NCBI GenBank assembly: GCA_964016885.1
Contig: OZ024750.1
Span: 36,766,001 to 36,830,000, forward strand
Direction: 5' to 3'
Length of the DNA: 64,000 nucleotides
DNA from: Eledone cirrhosa
Taxonomy: Eukaryota
A program made the translations under genes and the position numbers. Positions 50,224-63,890 of this stretch are shown here, in pieces (within the stretch, counting starts at the first letter, position 1; each line of letters opens with the position of its first letter). Under the pieces are notes generated by a model that saw nothing but the letters and a program-made list of their open reading frames with translations, searched no databases and was not told where the DNA came from.

Positions 50224-50642
50224 TAAGTATGTGAATTTTGTATATCTAATGATTTATGGTATGTCGACAAATAAACATTTTGAAAGCCCTTTTAGCTATG
50301 AATTTTGAAAGCTGACAGCTAGTGCGATTTAGCAGATTCCAGTAGAAGCAGTAGAGGATAACTGTCGGCGTGTTTCTGGCTTATGGCTGTCATCAGGACA
50401 GTGTTTCCTCCACCCTGCTCTATGCTGGAATATGATACAGGCAAAAAATATAGTTTTTTCACCTCTGTACATGGGCTGATTAGCCTCATTTGCATATGGA
50501 GCTGTCAGGCCAGCTCAGCCTGGTTGTAATCCGCTGGATGGCGCAAGCCAGCAGCTTTCAAAATTCATAGCTAAAAGGGCTTTCAAAATGTTTATTTATA
50601 AACATACCATATATCATTAGATATGCAAAATTCACATACTTA
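50224..50642. mobile_element. Inverted 91-bp arms around a hammerhead-bearing spacer
   Basis: 50224-50314 vs 50552-50642; the spacer resembles 2895-3080 (shared ATATAGTTTT..CTCATTTGCATATG.AGCTG). Confidence 0.75.
50361..50402 (-). ncRNA. Degenerate type I hammerhead
   Basis: Minus strand: ACTGTC-CTGATGA-cagccataagcca-GAAAC-AC-GCC-GACAGT; 6-bp stem I, triplet GUC>GCC. Confidence 0.6.
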
Positions 50643-52708
50643 TATGTATACAGCTATATTGAAGCAAAACCTAGATTCAATTTGTTTAATAGATCTCTAG
50701 TTTATGATATCTTTGTAATTTTGTAAACCTGACATGCTGGAAATAATTTACATATTAAAATTTCAAGAGTAATTATTGAAATATTAATATAGTACTGAAA
50801 AACCACAAGAGGAATTTCAAGGTTAAGCTAGCACACCTAGTTTCTAAGTTATTTTTAATGTCAATTAGAATAAGCTCTGCTGGTCGTGCTTGGGGATCCA
50901 ATCAGATCAATTGAAGATGGTTGCATCTGACAGGACTCACTGGAAGGAGTGTTTGAGGACTCTGTCTCCACAACCTTTCCAGGAATAAGTGGGCAAAGAA
51001 GGAGAAGAAAAATTAGAAAATTATATAATTATTTTTACATGGATTGTTGAATGCATCTACAAGAGATTTAAAGCATTTGATATTAGATATGTGTGTTTAA
51101 TATTAGAGTTAATTGTCTTAGTAATATTATGAATAGAGTTCTAACACCAATATGTACATAGTCTACTGTTGGAATCAGTTTAAGAATGCAAAAAAAAAAG
51201 GGTGGGGAAATACAAGGAAAAATCTAAAACTAAAACTAATATAAAATGCATATAGTCTATAAAACTATTCAGATAATAGAACTGAACTATGATCCCACTT
51301 CTCAGATTTAAAAACATCTTTATTCTGAGGCAAAAAGAGAGTGGTTGGGGTGGAGGGCACGGAAAATAAAAAGCAGACAAGTTTTATGTAAGAATTAATG
51401 GAACCAGATACAAAGCATGTGAGCATTATAAAAAAAAAAAATGATGGTGCTATGAAGTCATAGTACATCATGTATTAATATCAGCAGTGTTCAATTCACA
51501 TGGAAATCAATATAATATTTGTATGTTCTATATTCCTATACCAATAAATATACAATTGATAACATCAAAATTGTTGCCACATTTCCTTATTTTCAGGAGA
51601 ATTTTTGTTTTGCTATATCTAGCTGAACATAGTTGATGAAGTTTTAGGATTTTAATCCAAACTGTAGGAATTATATAAATTTGTAATATTTAAGAAATAG
51701 ATAGATTTATATATATTAACTCATTTATTAAGTGTTAAGTTAATGTTTAGACATTTAATGCAAAGAGTATAAAAATACTAACAATAAATAATCATGCGAG
51801 ATCTCTGACATTACGCACTAATACAGAAGACCCAACTTCCCACGGACACAGGTCAAAGCTGAAGCATATATACAGTATGCACCACCCTTATCTCCCATAT
51901 ATCTCCCATGAGGACAGACTGAAGTATACATACAGTGAAACCCCTAGTCCACATGGTAAAGTAGTCATAATTCAGTAAAAAGGACCCTGGCCACACTATA
52001 AAGTGGTCATGTATGGGAAAAGCGCCCAGCCCATATTGTAAGAAATGCCCAAGAAATGCTGTATGTCAATACAGTGCCCCTACAACTCCATTGGGTGCTA
52101 CATGACCATGTATATATACATAAAGTTTAATTTTCATTCTTCAATATCTTACAACCAACAATTGCTTCACATTGTATATTTTTTTAATCATGCTTTTATT
52201 TTTCAACACTATGCAATATTTTCAAAATTACAATGAAGTGATATTGAATGTAACCTATAGCTAATGATTAATCGTTTAATTAGTTTAGAAAAGAGCAAGA
52301 AACGTAACAGTTTTATGAAAACCTTCATAAGATAATGGAAAGAAAATTTTTAAGCTTCTTATTTTAATATGATTTTATCATTGTAAAAGACAGACTGAAA
52401 ATAATACCAATTTGTATACAAAAATAACACTATTAATGTTTGTTCTTTTCTCTTACAATCATTATTTTTAATAAGTTTAATAGAAATACGGATTGATTTT
52501 CTTCTGGGGAATTAATAAACCAAAATATTACAATATCATTAGTATTCTAATGATAATTGCTATTTAAAAATGACCCTCAAGTTACAAATTAGTTTAACTT
52601 TTTTTAAAATAAAATTTGTTTTTGCTCTAACATGGTGGATACATAAATGCATTCATAAGTGTAGCAGAAAAAATAAACTATTATTATTTTAGGGTTATTG
52701 CCCTACTC

Positions 52709-52749
52709 AATCTTGATAAAGAGCAATAACCCTAAAATAATTGTAGATT
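52709..52749 (+). ncRNA. Degenerate U3-A8 hammerhead with short upstream foldback
   Basis: AATC-TTGATAA-AGAG-caataa-CCCT-AAAA-TAATT-GTA-GATT; the inverted copy at 52683-52704 restores stem II AGGG/CCCT; G12>A. Confidence 0.55.
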
Positions 52750-53204
52750 ATTTTTTCTCTCTGCTACTGCTGGAACAAAAGGATGACAGTTGTCTAGAAC
52801 ACATGACATAATGAGGCTGTTTGCTTGCAAACAATCCAAATATTAATAATATTATTATTATATTATTGTTATTCACTCACGAATGTATTTTTAAAAATAA
52901 TTTTATTGATATTTTTTTTTTTTTTACTATATAATTTTTCTAGATGTATTATACTTCAGTAACATAATGAAAAGTAAAACAACAAAAAACAAAGAAGGAT
53001 TACAATATCCATCTTGACTGGACATTCTATCATATCTCTGCCCAGCAGAAAAGATGGTGAGAGCATTGCCACAAAGAACAGCCAGCAATACTTGCTGCAT
53101 CAAGCATTCCACCCCCTACAACTCTTTCCTCATTATATGTTCAGTAGTCTGCCCTGTCAAGCTGCTAATGGCAACAGCCACCCAGTGGTACATGGCTGCA
53201 TTAA

Positions 53205-53880
53205 ATCAGCTAAAGTACCAGTAATGCACTGGGGTTGATTTAATCAACTTTCCCCTGTCCCCAAATAGCTGGCCTTGTCCCTATAATAGAAATCATTATT
53301 AAAGTACCAGTAATACACTGAGGTTGATTTAATTGACTTTCCCCACTCCCCAAATTGCTGGCCTTGTGCCTATAATAGAAATCATCATTATTATTATTAT
53401 TATTATTATAGGCGGTGGATTGGCAATATTGGTAGAGGGTCGGACGCCATGCTTTGAAGCATAGAGTTACTTCCCTGTATGATCTGAGTTCAAATTGCGC
53501 CGAGGTTAACTTTGCCTTTCATCCTTACGGGGTCGATAAAATAAAATACCAGTAGTGCACTGGGGAAATTGCTGGCCTTGTGCCAAAAGTAGAAACAATT
53601 ATTATTATTATTAATTTATGAGTTACCTCCCTGTATGATCTGAGTTCAAATCCCGCCGAGGTTAACTTTGCCTTTCATCCTTACGGGGGTCGATAAAATA
53701 AAGTACCAGTAATACACTGAGGTAATTGCTGGCCTTGTGCTAAAATTAGAAACAATTATTATTATTATTAAATCCCGTCGAGGTTAACTTTGCCTTTCTT
53801 CCTTACGGGGGTCGATAAAATAAAGTACCAGTAACGCACTGGGTAATTGCTGGCCTTGTGCCAAAAGTAGAAACAATTAT
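53205..53880 (+). mobile_element. Stack of SINE family A copies and tails
   Basis: One full copy (53411-53600) and four partial 3' copies separated by (ATT)n. Confidence 0.9.
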
Positions 53881-54509
53881 TTAGCTGTAATGTTCAATTG
53901 AAGGCCTTAAGATATGAATCAATAGTTTATTTCAATTGTAATCTGTTGATCCTGTTCTTTAATTTTCATGTCTTTTATATGGCTCTTGGTATTATATTAG
54001 AAATGTACTATTAATGTTAAATTGTCAATACACTAACTGATTGAAACTGGAAACAAAGGAAGGAAACAATATTCAAACAGCTTTATCTTTTATTGGCAGT
54101 TTTATACACTTACTCAGACTACACTGAACAGAATTAACAATATTAATACAGTTTTTAACATGATATTTTATTAATTTTTCTCACATGAAAGATTTCTTCT
54201 TAACCTATTTAGTCCAATGTTTCTATCTAACCTAATAAGCAAAGTGACTCTACCATCCAATATAAGTTAATGATTAAAATAAAAATGTATTCCCTAGAAA
54301 ATAGTATAATGTATTAATTCAGTGAGGCAAAAGTAAATATTGATAATATTGATGCTGGAGTCAATTCAGTTCTATTTAAGCTTGTTGCAGTTTCTCATAA
54401 TGTTTGTATTGTTCTGACAAGTTTGATATCATCAATATAGGTATAATCAATACCATTGTTTAATATTCAGAAAACTATGTCCAGTGAAAGAAAATCATTA
54501 TTTTTCTAT

Positions 54510-55410
54510 GTTGTATATCATTGCTGGTAGAATAGATGAAACTTTTAATATAGAGAGAAGAATGTCATCTACCTCTATGTTACCAATCTTTGAGGGTCAG
54601 AGGGCTAGTGTTGGATATAGCCACAGCTACTTCTTATAAGAGGTGAATTGGCATAGTCATTAGAACGTCGGCTAGAATCATCATCATCATCATCATCATC
54701 ATTTCATTTTACGTCCGCTTTTTCCCTGCTTGCAAGGGTGGGACGGGAACTGATTCTGGCTTGATTTCTACAGCTGGATGCCCTTCCTAACACCAACCTC
54801 GTTTACAGTGAGTGCTGGGTGCTTTTTTGCCGTGGCACCTGCACGACCACTTTGCAGTGGAATGATAGGGACCCCAGTCCCTATCATCTCATTTTTACAG
54901 CTGAGTAAACTGGAGCAATGTGAAATAAAGTGTCTTGCTCAAGGAAACAAGGAATGCTTTATGGTATTTGTTCCTGCTCTCTGCTCTCTGAGTTTAAATC
55001 CCACTGAGGTCAACTTTGGCTTTCATCATTTTGAGGTCAATAAAAAATGTACCAGTCTTGTGCTGGGGTCGATTTTTCCTCTCTTTGGAAGGAATCTTCT
55101 GTACTTAGGCCTGGAGAGTGATGGGCTCCACCAGGCTTAAAATGCCCAAGGAACGTCATATGTTAATACGGCACCTCTATACTATATCAGGAGTTACGGG
55201 ACCATACATACTTCTCTACACCAAATAGTTGTTGTGTGTGAGTGAGGTTTTTGTATGTAAGTGAGATACAGGCTTCTGGCCCTTGCTGTGTTGTATATCA
55301 CTGCTGGTAGAATAGATGAAAGCTATAATATAGAGAAGAATACCATCGACCTCTATGTCACCTGTCTCTGAGGGCCAGAGGGCCAGTGTTGGATATAGCT
55401 CCAACTACTT
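54510..55410. repeat. Diverged local duplication interrupted by SINEs
   Basis: 54510-54633 resembles 55290-55411; truncated SINE B at 54678-54949 (-) and old SINE A at ~54950-55070. Confidence 0.75.
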
Positions 55411-56273
55411 CTCCACACCAAATAACTGTGGTCTGTGGGTGTGGGATTGTATGTAAGTGAGATGCAGGCTTCTGGCCCATCAATGAAGTGTGTATCTCCA
55501 CTTCAACACCAACCTGGTCAGCTGACAAGCTGTCTGACCCTTGCTCAGGAAAGTGTGGGAACAATGTAAACTCAATGTGATCCCTGGCCCATCTGAGAGA
55601 TCAGTGGATCCAGTTAATTAGTGGCTTCATCTGTGATGACCCATCCACCCATCCCAACTCTTGTACCATCTGGTTGTTGTGGATGTCTGAAACTTGCTTA
55701 TTTTTAAGGTTCATTTCTTGAGTTCAAATGTCGTTTTCATGGTTGTTACCTGATGGTGCACGACATTTATAATACTCAGTCTCTGTAGTGTGTGAATATG
55801 TGTGAGCGTGAGAATGTGTGTGTGTATCCAAACTGTTTATTCGATGTAGAACTGCTACATTAAAAAAATCCAAAGGTTTGCATGTTCCTCAGAAGCTCCC
55901 ACATTCAGCTTATTATTCTAGAATCTAATACTACAAAAATTATGCAGCAATGATGTTGCAACGTTCAAGAACGCTGCAAATATATATATATATAAACAAA
56001 TGTAGTAAACTATAAAGTAGTATTGTTAATGCAAGGTATATAATGAAAAAAGCTGGTAGAATGTGGTAGAAATATATAAAGAGCAAAGGATGACAAATAA
56101 AACAAAACAGTAATATTTTACACAGGATATTTCAACATAATATTTCAGAGCTAATACTCTCTTTTTAAATACGAAATAGAAATGGTTCAAAACAAAAACA
56201 AATTATTGATGTGTTCTTCCTTAACTGGCCTATGTGTCTGAAATACATATTCACTTTTAATATATAAGTTTAT

Positions 56274-56612
56274 GGAGGTACATGGCTTAGTGGTTAGAGC
56301 ATTGGCCTTGCAATCGAAAGGTTGTGAGTTCAATTCTCAGACTGGGTGATGTGTTGTTTCCTTGAGCAAGAGACTTTATTTCACATTGCTCCAGTTTACT
56401 CAGCTGTAGAAATGAGATGATAGGGACTGGGGTCCCTATCATTCCACTGCAAAGTGGTCGTGAAGGTGCTACGGCAAAAAAGCACCCAGCACTCACTGTA
56501 AATGAGGTTGGTGTTAGGAAGCACATCCAGCTGTAGAAATCCTGCCAGAATCAGTTCCCGTCCCACCCTTGCAAGCAGGGAAAAGCGGATGTAAAATGAT
56601 GATGATGATGAA
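56274..56612 (+). mobile_element. SINE family B
   Basis: Full copy. Confidence 0.92.
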
Positions 56613-58639
56613 ATGATGATGTAATTAAATATATTTTTATAGCTGATGAAAATTATATTTTCAACATTCCTCCCAATTCTAAAGCAGTAAAGTGTTAACT
56701 CATTTTAACTGAGACATTATTTGTTGACTCTTTCGCTAGTGTAAACACATAAAGTTTTACTCTTCTTATGTTGAAGTATATTGATTAATACTTTAATAAT
56801 ATACGCAAAGAATTGCAGTGAGGTCTTGATTAAATATTAACAAGGAAATAAATTGATATAACAAGAACTATCTAGAGAAATCATAAATATTATCAATACA
56901 ATCTCTCACTATTTAAAGATTAAATTTTAGAGACAGTGAGGAGTTGATATTTTAGATTATGATTTGCAAAGAACAGAAGACAAAGCAAATACTACGCTAT
57001 CTATTGTGAACAACTTTCAGCTTTCATGAATTGTTTCTCTCTAGTACTTCATCCTTTTATGACAGCTGTCAATTCTAATATATACGCCCATGGTTTCCTG
57101 CATGGAAATATTCTATCATGTTTCTGAATAACTTGGTAGACATAATTTACATTCCACAATCATATATGTTTCCAAGATCAATATATCATGTTAAAGAAGT
57201 CATATGTGATATCTTTTATTGAAATATTTCATTTTGCCAGGCAAAAAAGCAATGAAAAATAATGCAATGGAATACAATTTTTTTTTTCCAGAATAAATAC
57301 ATATATAAATATTACAAATACTTCTAAATATATCTGATTTATCCAGTTTTAATGTGTATATATCACATAGAAATCTAAACTTCATTAACCTGATGATTTT
57401 TGTAGTACTTTGGTCTACTACATTTTACACGGAAAATAATCCTCAATATAATAATATACTCACGTATATATTTCCTTAATATATAATTCATTCTTTTACA
57501 ATGAATTCAGACATGATTCAAACAAATATTAACATTTCTCTGAAATCAAATTAAAGGATTTTTGGAAACCACTTTTATTAAAAACTCAATCTCATATTTT
57601 TACGAACTGTTATTTCTAAATGTTAATAATATTCTATTATTATATAGAAACAAAACAATATGGTAATATGTAACATGCTGGGCATACATCACAAAATAAT
57701 TACTTTTCATTTTATTTTACATCAATGCTTTATTTTTCTTATAGCATCATTTCCACAGATATAGGTTTAAAATATCAAATTAATATCCATTGCTTAAAAG
57801 CATTTTCCTCAACTAAAACTACACAGATTATCAAAAGCAAAAACACTCTCTTACTAAATACATGTTTCAATATTTTATCTTCAGCAACACTGGAAAATTA
57901 CATACTTGCATTTCTTAGACAAGTTTTTATTAAAATAGCATGAATTAATATCATATTAATATACTCATGTATACATTTCCTTAGTATTGGCTTGCCTCAA
58001 AGTGTTTGGTAAAAATGCTGAGGAATGAAGAAGTAAAGCATGGTTGCTACTAAAATATATTTATTAGATTAATAGCCTGCTACAAAGCTATTATATTTGA
58101 TATTAAATACATGACCGAACTAGTTTAAAAAAACATAGGAACAATAATTTCATTACATAAAATTATTAGAGAGGCATCCCAGTGCTCCTCATGAAACTGT
58201 TATCTTTTGCTTTGGTAACAGCTTGGCTGTTCACCCCTTTCGCCTACATTTTGTTGTATGTAGCCCAAGATGTGTGTGCTACCTGCTTATGTGTTTTATT
58301 TTTATTTTCTCTTTCTTTTTTTGTTTCCTTTCCCTTTCCTTTATATTATATTTGTTTGTGCTTTCATTCTGTAAGCATTGTATTATTATATTTCTTTTTA
58401 CAGAGTATAATGTATATATTCTTATTATATTTAATGATTAAGCAGTATTTTTTTTCCTGATGACAATTACAACGATGTTGTTTTGTTACCTCCCTTGTCC
58501 TTCACTCTTTTAGTGAAAAACATTTGTTAGTGATTACGTTTAGGATTGGTTAGAATATTATTTAGTATTGAGTAGAAAATCAAAGCTTGGAGAAACAGAA
58601 GGAGAAACTGGGTTTAAGAGGAATACAAAGTGGTATGCA

Positions 58640-59122
58640 AGAGAGAATACTGCGTTGGTAGAGATGTGATGCATATGGATGATGATAACTGGGTGAAGAA
58701 GTGCCAGGAAATCTCAGTGGAAGGAAGACCAAGGAAGACCTGGGCAGAGGTGGTCAGAGCTGGGGTCGACAGAATAAAGTACCAGTAATGCACTGGGTAA
58801 TTGCTGGCCTTGTGCCTAAAGTAGAAACAATTATTATTATTGTAGTAAGGGCGGTGGATTGGCTGTATCGGTAGAGGGTCGGACGCCATGCTTTTCAGCA
58901 TAGAGTTACGGTCCTTTATGGTCTAAGTTCAAATCCTGCTGAGGTTAACTTTGCCTTTTATCCTTACGGGGTCGATAAAATAAAGTACCAGTAATGTACT
59001 GGGTAATTTGCTGGCCTTGTGCCAAAAGTAGAAATAATTATTACGGGGTTGATAAAATAAAGTACCAGTAATACACTGAGATGATTGCTGGCCTTGTGCC
59101 AATAGTAGAAACAATTATTATT
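58640..59122 (+). mobile_element. RTE C-terminal scrap followed by SINE family A stack
   Basis: MHMDDDNWVKKCQEISVEGRPRKTWAEVVR (58665-58760), then SINE A pieces. Confidence 0.85.
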
Positions 59123-59125
59123 ATC

Positions 59126-59167
<42 letters not shown>

Positions 59168-59168
<1 letters not shown>

Positions 59169-62100
59169 CCAACATTGCCATATTAAGAGTAGGAAGTTTA
59201 AATGTTCGAGGCCTGGAGTCGCCCTGGAAGCAGGGTCACCTGCTCAACGACCTCAGGGCTCTACAAATGGATGTAATTGCTGTCAGTGAGACCATGATTT
59301 CCGACACGTGTGCAATAGCCCCCATTTTCGATGACTATCGGATCTTCGCATCTGTTAGTCAGCCTGGAATGGGATGCGGAGTGGCAGTGCTATTTAGGAA
59401 AGGTTTGGATCTCAAGGTAAGGTTGATCTTCCGGGACCCGGACGGAAAGTCAGTGGTCCTGGATATGAACAATAGCGAAGATGGTGCCTTTAGACTGGTG
59501 GCCGTCTACGTCCCTACCGGGGAAGGACGGCCAAACTTCTTTATACGCCTGTGTACATCTCGCCCTTTATCATTAGTGGGGAAATGGAATGGCATCTTAG
59601 ATGCATGCTAGGACTGTGTGGGAGTAGCCGATAGGAGCGGGGGGTGCAATAGCCTCAAGTACCTGATCAGCAAGTTCCAACTGTCTGACAGATATTGACT
59701 ACATTTCCCTAATGCGGCAGTGTGGAGCTGGACCAATCATATAGGGTCATCTAGATCATATATAGACAAGATATTCATTAGGAAAATAGATAGAAATAGT
59801 GTACTCTGTCCACATTTTAAAACAGTCAACCATATAGATCACAAGTTTGTGATCTGAATAGGTGACCTAGAGAAGACTTGTAGATTAGGACCTGGTTACT
59901 GGAAGCTGAACATGTCGTTTCTGGCACAGAAGGCTTACAGGGATTGGGTCAACAATTTAGTTAAACAAAAATTGACAGAGGGGTGGTCATCAACAACAGA
60001 TGGTGGGGGGCTCTCAAAAGAGGGATTAGAGTAAGTTTGATATAGTTTAACAAAGAAGTGCCATTAGAGAAAAATAGAAAGGAGGGGGAGCTGGTAGCTA
60101 AGTTAGACGAGGCTATTTGTAGTGTCGGTGAGAATGGCATTAGACCATTTCTTCAATGCGAAACACAAAGGTTGCATTGTCAGAGCTAAGGCGTGTGCTC
60201 TGAGAAACAAGGGAACCAAAGTTGTTCGATAGGCCTGCGTGGCAGAGGTGCAGCGTGGTAATAAAACCACAATATGGTCTTTGACGGACTGAGATGGACA
60301 CGAGCTGAGCGATTCCAGGCGGATAGTGATGGACTTCAGTCTCTACCTCAACGGCTTCCTGCACCTTTTGACAGCCAACGTTGAGAGCTGTGAAAGGCTG
60401 ATAACTACAGACGAAATTCCTGATTCCCTTGTGCGCTGCATGAGGCGCAAATCACCCGGTTTGGATGGTCTGCCCTTCGAGCTTTACATAGATATGCCAG
60501 ACTTGTTCTCCAATCTCCTCATGCACTCTACTGTAACTGGCAGCAGAACGGAAGTATTCCCAGTTCTGTGAGCCAGGGCATAGAGACACTGATAAGGAAA
60601 GACAAGAACAAGAGGGACACATTAGATAACTTCAGGCGACCCATAACTCTGCTCAACACAGACTTTAAGATTTTGGCCAAGGTTGAAAATTTGGTTGGGG
60701 AGGCACAAACTTGTGCAATCACTACCAGGACCATACACAATAACCTCCACCTCATGCAATACATCATAGAGAGGGTAGGGTGTAAACCTAACTTTGGTGG
60801 GGCTCTGATCAATTTAGAGCAATCAAAAGCATTCAATAAAGTTGACCATCGCTACCTGGAGGCTGTCCTCAAGGCAGTTGGCTTCAACCCCATCTTCAGA
60901 AGCTGGATTGTTGCAATGCAGTACGGCATCTGCTCAGTGGTCAAAGTTCATGGCCACCTCTTGGAACCATGTCAGATCTCTCAATTGGCACCGTCAATGG
61001 TGTCCTCTTTGCTCCCTTCTGTACGTATTGACTCTCAAGCCTTTACTGCAGAAACTGAAGCTGTTGTAGGGCATCCCGCTCGAACTGGGATGCGGAAAGG
61101 CTGTGTCAGCTTATGCAGACAACATCACCGTGATGGGGTCAGACACCTTGGAAATCGAGGTGGTCGGCAATTTATTGGAGGAATATGAAAGGTTGACGGG
61201 AGCAAAACTTAACCCGGAAAAATCGGTGAGCTTGCAACTTGGCACTTGGAGAGGCAAGTCCATGCTGTCCAACAGTGTCATTGGGTGCTAGACAGATGGT
61301 CCGGTAAAGTTGCTTGGGGTTTGGTCGGGCCAGACCTCCTGGTGGATAAGAATTGTGATGAGGTGATGGGCAGGTTAGCCAGTCTCACCCAGAAATGGGC
61401 TGTGAGGAAGCTATCACTGAAAGGTTTGGCGGAGGTGGCGAATGCGTACATCACGTCGTCATCTATTACCCCTTGACCATCATGCCTTGCCCCTATCCGC
61501 GCCTCGCCAAGTTGGAACGGCTCCTCTTCAAATTCTTTTGGAGGGACAGGTTCCATTGGTGAGATGGTCCAATTGCTGCCAGCACCTTCTGCGCAGAGGG
61601 CTGGGCATGCCGTGGCTAATGATACGCTGAGATTGCGGCATCTCCAGATATTCTGCCTTGATGGTGCTCGCTGTTTGTCAGACAGGCCTTTCTGCAACAG
61701 TCCTGGGTCAAGTATAGACCGAGACTGGGTGACTGGCATCTGGAATGTTGCCAGGCACTTACTGCTCTCTACCAGGCAGGCTATGTGGTCAGTGGAATTT
61801 CAACTCTTGAGTTCTATAGAGGATTAGTGGTGGGCAAGTGTGACGACTCACTTGGAGAGACTTTGGGCATCAACGAAGTTCAACCGACCAGTCTGTTCAG
61901 GAGGACCTTCAAGCCAGGGACGATGGATAACTTCCAAAAATCCCTTGCTTGGCAGTGCTGCTGGGGGGGGGGGGGGGCACTGCCAGTTCAAGATAAACTC
62001 TACAGGTACAGAAGTGCTGTCAGATGGACCTGCCCGAGATGCGCGCAGAGCGACGAAACCATTCTGCACGCACTCGTTCAGTGTTCGTGCATTACTGACT

Positions 62101-62690
62101 TGTCGAGTTATGTCAGACAGCTGTTGTCGCATGTAGAACGGATCCGGCTATTGACCAAGTCCATAGTGAAGATTGATTCGCCGCCTTCTTTTGGCCAGGA
62201 AGAGCAGGCAATTTTCCTCTGTCTGGTGGCAGTTGCAAAAGAGGTTGTATGGTGGACGAGGCTGAAAGTCCTGAAGACAGACACTTTCTCTTCGGCCAAT
62301 CCCTCATCAACTTTTTCAAATTTCACTTGGTGAGGAAGGAGAGAGAAGTGCTGCCCCCCCCCCCCCCCCAGTACATTTGCTGAAAGGTGGGTGAATGTGG
62401 CGACAATGGCCCGCGTGAGTGGGCCTACCCTGATCATGATCCTGTAGGCTGGTGAATTTGAGGCGGAGAGAGGGGTGCCCTCGAAGTGTCAGGTGGTTCA
62501 GGATTGGTGGGGTACCTGAAGCAACCCTGAGTGGTTATCTCCCCTATTGGGGAATTTTCATTGTTGTATTTTTCTTATTGCTATTGTTTTCCTATTTTTT
62601 ACTCGATTTTTATGTAAAACCCCCACTGTCCCCGTCTATTGTATTGTGCCCTATATGTCGGCCCTTGTGGCCAATATATAAAACCATTAT
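59168..62690 (+). pseudogene. L1/Tx1-clade LINE, near-complete but disrupted ORF2 plus 3' UTR
   Basis: EN (GSLNVRGL, VSET, VAVYVP, SYIDKI, DH, GYWKLN), RT (KSPGLDGLP, RPITLLNTDFKILAK, KAFNKVDH, SAYADN), zinc knuckle CPRC..ETILHALVQC; many frameshifts and stops. Confidence 0.93.
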
Positions 62691-62730
62691 TATTATTAGT
62701 AGTAGTAGTTGTAGTAGTAGTAGTTATTGC

Positions 62731-62772
<42 letters not shown>

Positions 62773-63629
62773 TATTGCAGTAGTAGTAGCAGTAGTAGTT
62801 ATATAGTTATCTATTCATTGATCTATTTCTATGAGGAATATATGAAGTGCATGACAGTCAGTAGAGAATGGGGACAGGTAAAAACTTTAAGGAATAGATG
62901 GTGCAATTACCTGTTGCTGATTAAAAGAATTCATTTATTTTATAGAGTGAAGTCATTAGCTGTACATTAATCAACAATATTTTATATCAAAAGAAAATTA
63001 TTTTCTATTTCAGCAGTTTTTGGTAATAAAGACAATATTATTTGGCTATTTTATCTTCTTTCTATAATCTCTCATTAAATGGAGAGTCTTTGATTATTGA
63101 AAATATTCATCTTATTTTAAAAACAGCTATAAATAGATTATAATTTACATCAAAATTTCAAAATCACTGTTTAAATTAGCTAATGCATTTATCATGTTTT
63201 GCATATTACTAATAAAAAAAAAAATAATGAAATAAACTCAATAAATAAATAATGAGAAGCAGAGAAAATATAATAAAATCAAATAAAATCAAATGAAAAA
63301 AATAAAAAATAAAGAAAGGCAGAAATAAAAGTCCACAACAAATAGATGCTATCAGAATTCTGACAGTTAAAATTAAGTTGTTTTGGAAATGATATATATT
63401 ATATTACTTAGCAAAGTAAATATGTGTTGTTAGGGACAAAAGAAACTCTTAGAGGAACAAAAATTCTACTATTTGTTGGCAGGATATTGTTTCCCCACAG
63501 GATCGAACCAGGAAATCAATACACATACCACTTAAGATGCAAATCATAGATTTTAAAACAGACATACACATTGAGGGAGAGTAAAGGAAGATATAACTTT
63601 AATTGTATATATATATAGAGAGAGAGAGA

Positions 63630-63853
63630 GAGAAAAAGAGATGAAATCGAAAATGCAACGGGAGTCTTATTTTTTTTTTTTAAATATATATATTTATTTG
63701 GTTCCGCGAAACCGGTAAAGGAACCAAATAAATATATATATTTTTTTTTAAAAATAAGACTCCAGTTGCATTTTCGATTTCATCTCTTTTTCTTTATACT
63801 TTCACTCGTGTAGGACACCTCGGTTATTTTTCAATTTGTAAAAAAAACCTCAC

Positions 63854-63860
<7 letters not shown>
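63630..63860 (+). mobile_element. Foldback 3' end of the U3-A8 hammerhead family
   Basis: 63630-63705 is inverted against 63720-63790; hammerhead 3' half GC-GAAAC-CG-GTA-AAG at 63706-63720 sits at the junction; ends in (TA)n. Confidence 0.8.

Positions 63861-63890
<30 letters not shown>

Noticed and set aside
50865-50990. GC-richer stretch looking like an exon
   Set aside because: Translates as ..LKMVASDRTHWKECLR..*, an RTE-type LINE C-terminus
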